A stretch of DNA of 64,000 bases from Bigelowiella natans CCMP2755 (taxonomy: Eukaryota > Protista > Cercozoa): contig ADNK01001596.1 of the NCBI GenBank assembly GCA_000320545.1, forward strand, positions 62,001 through 126,000. The letters run 5' to 3'. Below, piece by piece: positions 57,601 to 64,000 of this stretch. Both the position numbers and the translations under genes were made by a program. A model generated the notes under the pieces. It had not been told where the DNA came from. It saw only the letters and a list, made by a program, of their open reading frames with translations, and ran no database searches. Position 1 is the first letter of the stretch; every line of letters starts with the position of its first letter.

Positions 57601-58158
57601 TTATGTCCTCCTTCTCGTCATCGTTAAGCACCAGGGAGCCAGGCAGAATGTCGTACCTAACAGGGCAGTCACGCCCAAACATGCATTCAAAGCCCGTCCT
57701 TCCCGTGCGTGCACCGCCCAAGTTGCGCCGAGCGCGAAAGGGAATGTAGCCCATGCAACACGCCAGGATGGGTTGAGCATCCTGAACGAAAGAAAAGCGT
57801 ATCTGTGAGTCTTCTTATCAGACTTTCATGCGATGAAAGGCAAAGCGATTTAGGTGTCAACCTTTGGGAGGAGCAGAGGAGGCAAACGTAGGGGGAGAGA
57901 ATCATCAAAGAGTGCATCATTCGTGTCCACCCTGGTCCTAGCCGCGTGGCTAGCGTCTCCTGTTTTTGTGTGTGAAACGGCGAAACGAATCAGCTTTACT
58001 TTCACCCGTGGGTTGGTTCTTTGCCGCTGTCGCTCCACAGCAATAACCACACCTTATTCACTTTTCTGTCGCTCGGAATGTCCCGCAAGTTGTTGACAAC
58101 CAAGATAGCGCTCACCTACACCAGGGATGGGGGAGCAATGCGTTCGTGTCGGGCGTGG

Positions 58159-58227
<69 letters not shown>

Positions 58228-59708
58228 CGAGGATTAGGTTGCGGTTTCTACCAGTGATCCAGCGATGAAGGAGGGCAAAATCACTCGACAGAGCAGCGTA
58301 AAGTCCATATTCCCCCCGCTCTGAAGGTCGCGGTAGTAGTGAGGAGGAGGGATTCTTCTAATTCACGGTTTTGTCTTGTTTTGATTATTTCGCTATCATT
58401 TCATCTACCACCTGCACGAGCACTGTACCGAGTACCGAACCTGATCATCAATTGTCAGTGGTGATTCACTACGATATCATGTGGTAGTAGTAGTAGTGGT
58501 AGTAGGCCCTAGGGAAAACGATGGAAAGCGCAGCACATCCCCCTCCTCCTGCTCCGCATGTGTTTTTATTCTTTGCTTTGTACGGAAATAGATGTATAAA
58601 GCTTCAAACCTGGGCCGAATAAAAGGAAGACAGCCACCTCGCCCAACCCTGAAATTATTAAATACTGATCTTACACTCGATTCCAACAAAAGCTCTTCAA
58701 TGTGCAAGTCGAAAGTTGTTGTCTTCGCCAACCCATATATGCGAGCGATCTTTTCCCCGTCGTGTACCTACGTTTAAAAGAAGACAATAATACACACCGT
58801 CGCCACAAACAACGAATCCTGAATATGTGCTTATATTCGGTATTGTGGAATGCTGTATCACCATATGGCTCCTGCCACGCCGATGAGGCCTAGACACAGA
58901 ACGCCGATTCCTATCGAGAGCATTTCCATCGTGTCGGCGCATGCTCATAAAATCGAGTTATTATCATTTACCTCCCCTAAGGCACAGGGGAACAGCGAGC
59001 ACCACTTCGAACCTCAGGATGGCGTCAATCGCCTTCTTGATCTTCCGATAATGAGCATATTCTTAATTAGTTACGAAAGCCGCTCGCTCATCAACCGAGG
59101 AAAAAATGTGAATTAGTACTTCTTCGGGGGTTATCCATCCCATGGCGATGACTCGTGGAGGGCCTAGTCGCTCAGACTCATCATCTGTGTCAGAGTAAGT
59201 AAGTAGGTAATAATAATAATAATCATAATACCAATAAGCGTTCGTTTGTTTTCGTTGTGCAAATCTATTAATAACAAAAACTCTTTGATGGTAACAACCG
59301 GCTCCTTTTTTGTAGTCCCCGTAGTCGTTAACCAGATTTGCCACTATCTGAGCGAGGTGGGAGGCGGTGGGTGAGCGAGTGTGGGAGAATGGTAGCGAGG
59401 ATATGATGGCTGCCTGCCGCATATCTAGTTTCCTTTCCTGTCGCACTACCTGTAGCGTGGCCAGCGCAACGAACGTCAGAGCCAACCATCCAAAGTCTAC
59501 CTGGTAATCATCGGAGAAATCATGGGAAGGGAAATGCAGCGATGATGGATGTACGGAATGAACGCACACGCTGGTCAGGAGATTCAAATGCCAGAGCTCC
59601 AGCTGCGATTGAGGTGATAGAAGCTAGGAGAGTAGGAGGCCGAAGCGCTGCGATCCACCGTCCAATAGGTCCAGGAGGTTTGGCCTGGGCCTTGGCCTTG
59701 GGAGCCAT
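57601..59708 (-). CDS. menA: 1,4-dihydroxy-2-naphthoate prenyltransferase (MenA/UbiA family)
   Basis: Motifs WIAALRPPTL, ANLVNDYGDYKKGA|D....RLGPPR, YTTG....AYMG|LGEVAVFLLFGP, ILVVNNLRDIPSD and GRALNACLGVTA. Exact stop uncertain. Confidence 0.88.
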
Positions 59709-60348
59709 CGCTCTCTCACCAAACCAATCGCTCTCTCACCAAACCAACGGCGGCCGAAGGCGATGCACGCTTCTTCCGGTCTGTGTGACGCAATGAAAAC
59801 ACCATTGTTTTTTTTACCTGCGACAAGCCTCATTCATATGTCGCAAGACGTATATCGTCCGCGTTCTCGAGAATCTGATCATCATCCTGGCATGAAATTC
59901 AGGAAGTTTCCGGGCTGATCCAGCAGTCAGCACAGGAGTCTTAACCGCGGCTCCATTTTAGGAGTATTTGTCTCTGTTGGATATGTGCGACAATGTCATA
60001 TTGTTGTCGCAATGAAGAAAATGTCTTCTGTTTCTCAACCGTGCTCCCAGCTGAGGCTAAAGTGAAGGGGAGGGGCTCGAGACGGAGTCGTTGGGCTGAG
60101 AGAAGAAACCCCATTGGGAAAGAGAGGTGATTTTGCGTATGGCTAGCAAGCAAGCATGCATGTTTCGCGATTGACTTCTCATAGCCTGAACTTAAAAAGC
60201 AACGTTTCGGAGAGTAGAAAAAAGGGAGAGGGGGATGGAGACGATTCGATCAAATTATTATTATTATAGATGCCTCTCCAATGTGCTTATTTCATCAAAG
60301 TAGGGAGTATTTGGTAACGGTATATCTATCTCTTCATCAGCGTGATTT

Positions 60349-63085
60349 ATGTCCAAATCCGTACTCAATATCAACAATGCGGGTCTCACAAATGACCAAG
60401 CTGAGAAGATCTGGAGTGGCCTAAGAACCGCCATTATTGAAATACAGAATCAAAATGCATCTGAGTTACGTTTTGAGGAACTTTATCGGAACTCGTACAC
60501 CCTGGTGCTGCATAAACATGGAGACTTGCTGTACAATGGTGTTCGAAGGACCGTCGCAGAGAATTTGGTGAAGATCTCGAATGAGGTGTCCAATACCGTG
60601 GATGGCCAACTACTGGAGAAGATCGTTGAAGCCTGGGAGAATCACAAAATTGTGATGACTATGATAAACGACGTGCTGATGTATATGGTCAGATCTCAGC
60701 TTGCCCCATTCATTCATTCATTCATCATTTCCAGATACCATTTATTCACGAGATTCTTGTCTCCCCCACTATCAGGACAAAACGTACTGCCTTTTGAAAA
60801 AGAAAGAGCCCGCGTACAACATGGGAGTTCTACTTTTTAAGGACCACGTGATCATGGAAGGGCAAGTTGCAAACGTAGTTGCCGTAATTCAATGCTGCTG
60901 ATGGAAAGAGCACGTATATATTAACTTGATTTAACTCCTCAGCGGCTTAAATCCCTTCTCCTCGAAAACATCCGTTTGGAGCGGACTGGTCGCACAGTCG
61001 ATAGGATTCTGCTCAAGAATGTCTTGTGCATGTTAGTAGAGGTAATGTATCTTCGTCCTCAACCATTGGCCGCTAGTATTAAGTAAGGGTGATACGCGTG
61101 TTCAGGTTAACGTCCGCAACACGGACATATACAAGGCGGTATTCGAAAGCGATCTGCTAAGCTCCACGGCTGTATTCTATCAGCAGGAATCGCAGAACTT
61201 TATGGCGCAAAACACGGTTTCGGGTATTTAATCCTCTCTGCCCCCCCCCCCCCCCCCAATTGGTATTATTGGATAAATTTTGGAGTTTAACACGCAATAT
61301 ACTTGATTGCCGATTATCTAAGGGAGATCGAGAGGAGAATCCGGGAAAAAAAAGACAGGGGACTCGAGTACCTATGACAAAAGTACACATGCCAAGCTGA
61401 GGTAGAAAATCACTGAATCTTAACCGGATATTATATATATTATTATATATGTAAACATATGGGTTTTTAATCCTTTTTCCCCCCCCCCCCCCCCCCAATT
61501 GTTATTATTGTATAGATTTTGGAGTTGAACACGCAATATACTTGATTGCAGATTATCTAAGGAAGATCGAGAGGAGAATCAGGCAAGAAGAGGACAGGGC
61601 ACTCGAGTACCTAGACAAAAGTACACATGCCAAGCTGAGGTAGAATATCACTGAATCTTAACCGTTTTTTTTATATTTTTTTATACATCAAAACCACCGA
61701 ACTTTCGGTTTTCTTCTCCCCCCCCCCCCCCCCCCACCTCCGTTTCAAATAGACACGTCGTCCAAACGGAGTTAATATCAAACTACGCGCAGCAGCTTGT
61801 TGAGAACAAGAGCACCGGCTGCGTACACATGTTTCACAACGATATGGTGGGGGACCTGAGGCGGATGTTCGTTTTGTTCTCTCGAGTGCCTGGAACGCTG
61901 ACGCATATTAGGAGTTGCATGAGCTCCCTCGTCAAGAAGACGGGGACTAACATCGTCAAGGCAATATAGATAACATTCACCACAGCATACGCCTACACGT
62001 AACGAAGTCAAATATGGTTGTGTGCGGCATTATTTCACTGGGGGGGTGGAGTAGGAGAAGGAAGGAAACCGATATCCTGTTGTTGTTGTTGTTGTTGTTG
62101 TTGTTTTCCTGTGCGGGTCGTAGGACCCGGAGAACCTGAAGCACCCGAAGTTTTTCGTACAAAAAGTGCTGAACTGCCGGAAGAAGTTCCACATTTTCGT
62201 CAAGAGGTCTTTCATGGAAGACCGCAGCTTCACTCGGTAACAAGGATCGCAACGATTGGGAAACTAAAAAACAAATGCGAAGTACAATTTTGGTGATTCA
62301 TCCTTGATTCTCACTTCTTGAGAGCTCATTCTCTCTGCGACAAACGCCATACACAGGGATCTTAAAGACTCTCTTGAGTACTTCATCAACCTGGACTCTC
62401 GAGCTGCACGTTATCTTTCACTATATCTGGACGACATGATGCGTAAGGGCCTCAAAGGAAAGTCCCCAGATGAAAGGGAGAAGATTCTCAATGATGTGAG
62501 ACAACGAAGAAGATGATGACGATAGTATTTATAATAATTGCAAGGAGAAAAAGGAAACCCATCGATGGGATAACGTGTAGTAGTAGCTAGCACCGATCAC
62601 GAGCAATCACTCTTCCGCATCACCACCACTACATAATACCATAATGCATCATCATCATCATCATAATCCAGGTCATTTCCATATTCCGATATCTCTCCGA
62701 CAAAGACGTTTTTGAGGACTTTTACAAGAAGCATCTAGCATCCCGACTCCTCACAGACAACTCAGGTTGGTTCGGAGAGGATTGCTTGAAGAAAGAATAC
62801 CAAAAAGACTAAGCAGTTTTTCCTTTCTTGTCGTCGTCAATTCCTCTGTTCTTGCTCATTCTTCTTCGTAAACATCATCATCATCATCATCATCATCGTC
62901 GTCGTCGTTATCATCATCTTCTGCTTCATGCCTATCATCACAGGCGATCGTGAGGATGAGAAGATGATGATATCAAAGCTCAAAGCAGAGTGTGGCCACC
63001 AATTCACATCGAGGCTAGAGGGCATGTTCGCTGATATTCAGATAAGCTCAGACTTGATGGCTTCTTTCAAGAACCAACGTGCGTG

Positions 63086-63121
<36 letters not shown>

Positions 63122-64000
63122 TTACTTTGCTAATACAAACACAGTATAGATGGCCTTCCTTAAAATTACCTAATATGCTCATCGTCCTCTCTCTCTCCCT
63201 CCCTCTCTCTCCTTTCCTTCCTCCTCCTCCTGCTCACCAGGAAAAGATCAGAGCAACGTCGATATCAACGTGACGGTCTTGACGACTGGGTTCTGGCCAG
63301 TACATAACATGGAGCATTGCACCTTGCCTCCTGAGGCCAAGAAGGCCACGGATGAGTTTGCGACTTTTTACAAAACTCGAAACTCGGGGAGAAGGCTAAC
63401 GTGGCAAACGCAGTCGGTCAGTGCCCCCTCCAACTTCGTAGCAAAATTACTCAACCTCGTAACGAAACCACCGAGGAGAGAAACCAATTTAGACCAGCAT
63501 GTTTCCTCTCGAGAGAGGAGGGGAGGGAGGGAGGGAGGGAGGGAGGGAGCGAATGATCTCATGCGGGGCGATACGGTGGGGAAGGGCAAAGATCAAAGAA
63601 TTTTCCTTACATGCCGCTGCGTCCTCCCTTCATTCCTTCTTCTTCTTCTACTACTACTACTACAACTACTACTTATTCCCGCTGATGGTCTACAACTTAC
63701 TCACTGCAGGGCACAGCAGAAGTACTTTGCCACTTCAAACACGGCAATAAGCTACTAGCCGTCCAGACGTACCAGATGTGCATACTGATGCTGTACAACC
63801 GCGCGGAAACGTACACGTACGCGCAAATCGCAAAGCTCACTAACATCCCAGATAAGGTAGTAACCGTAGCAGCCATGCATCACGGACCGACCCCCAATTT
63901 TGCCCTGCAAGAGCAAGTGCAAGAGCAAAAATATCGATACCAGCATGCGCTATTATTCCGTTATTTTCCCGATTTACGACTGAACTGTAGCGAATATGCT
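60349..64000 (+). CDS. CUL3: Cullin-3 (3' end beyond window)
   Basis: Motifs [33 protein letters not shown]|[65 protein letters not shown] and GRRLTWQ. Confidence 0.95.
61222..61664 (+). repeat. Near-duplicate ~205-bp intron+exon segment (61222-61426 degraded; 61461-61664 intact)
   Basis: Both copies start at a poly-C run. The first has CCG for the CAG acceptor and indels in the [29 protein letters not shown] exon. Confidence 0.9.

Overview
Gene-dense, intron-rich eukaryotic nuclear DNA with microsatellite-laden introns. Its style suggests a protist, possibly a chlorarachniophyte such as Bigelowiella; this is an inference and cannot be shown from the window. Manual GT-AG splicing gives about 20 protein-coding genes: an unknown partial gene, histone H3, cyclin T/K-like, a large low-complexity protein, a DUF488-TatD fusion, a hypothetical protein, an eIF4E-PPR fusion, RPB4, a cAMP-receptor-like GPCR, TruA, a MAN1/Src1-like protein, an aquaporin, PEX3, a MUS81-like nuclease, a SAM-domain pentameric channel, a small CaaX protein, a sirtuin-YEATS fusion, a ~30-exon TTD14-like AAA/CYTH gene missed by the ORF track, MenA and a partial cullin-3. 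Three results stand out. (1) An eIF4E cap-binding domain is spliced in frame to PPR repeats behind a signal-peptide-like leader. (2) A bacterial-type DUF488 domain is fused to a TatD nuclease. (3) Eighteen consecutive genes alternate strand as nine head-to-head pairs. Every convergent 3' spacer is a 0.3-1.1 kb CTAG/CATG/TGCA-rich tract that looks hypermutated at cytosines, and several spacers share dispersed motifs (TGAGACGGATGTAAT..., ACATCTAGACAT). All exon boundaries and domain calls were made by eye and need RNA-seq and HMM confirmation.
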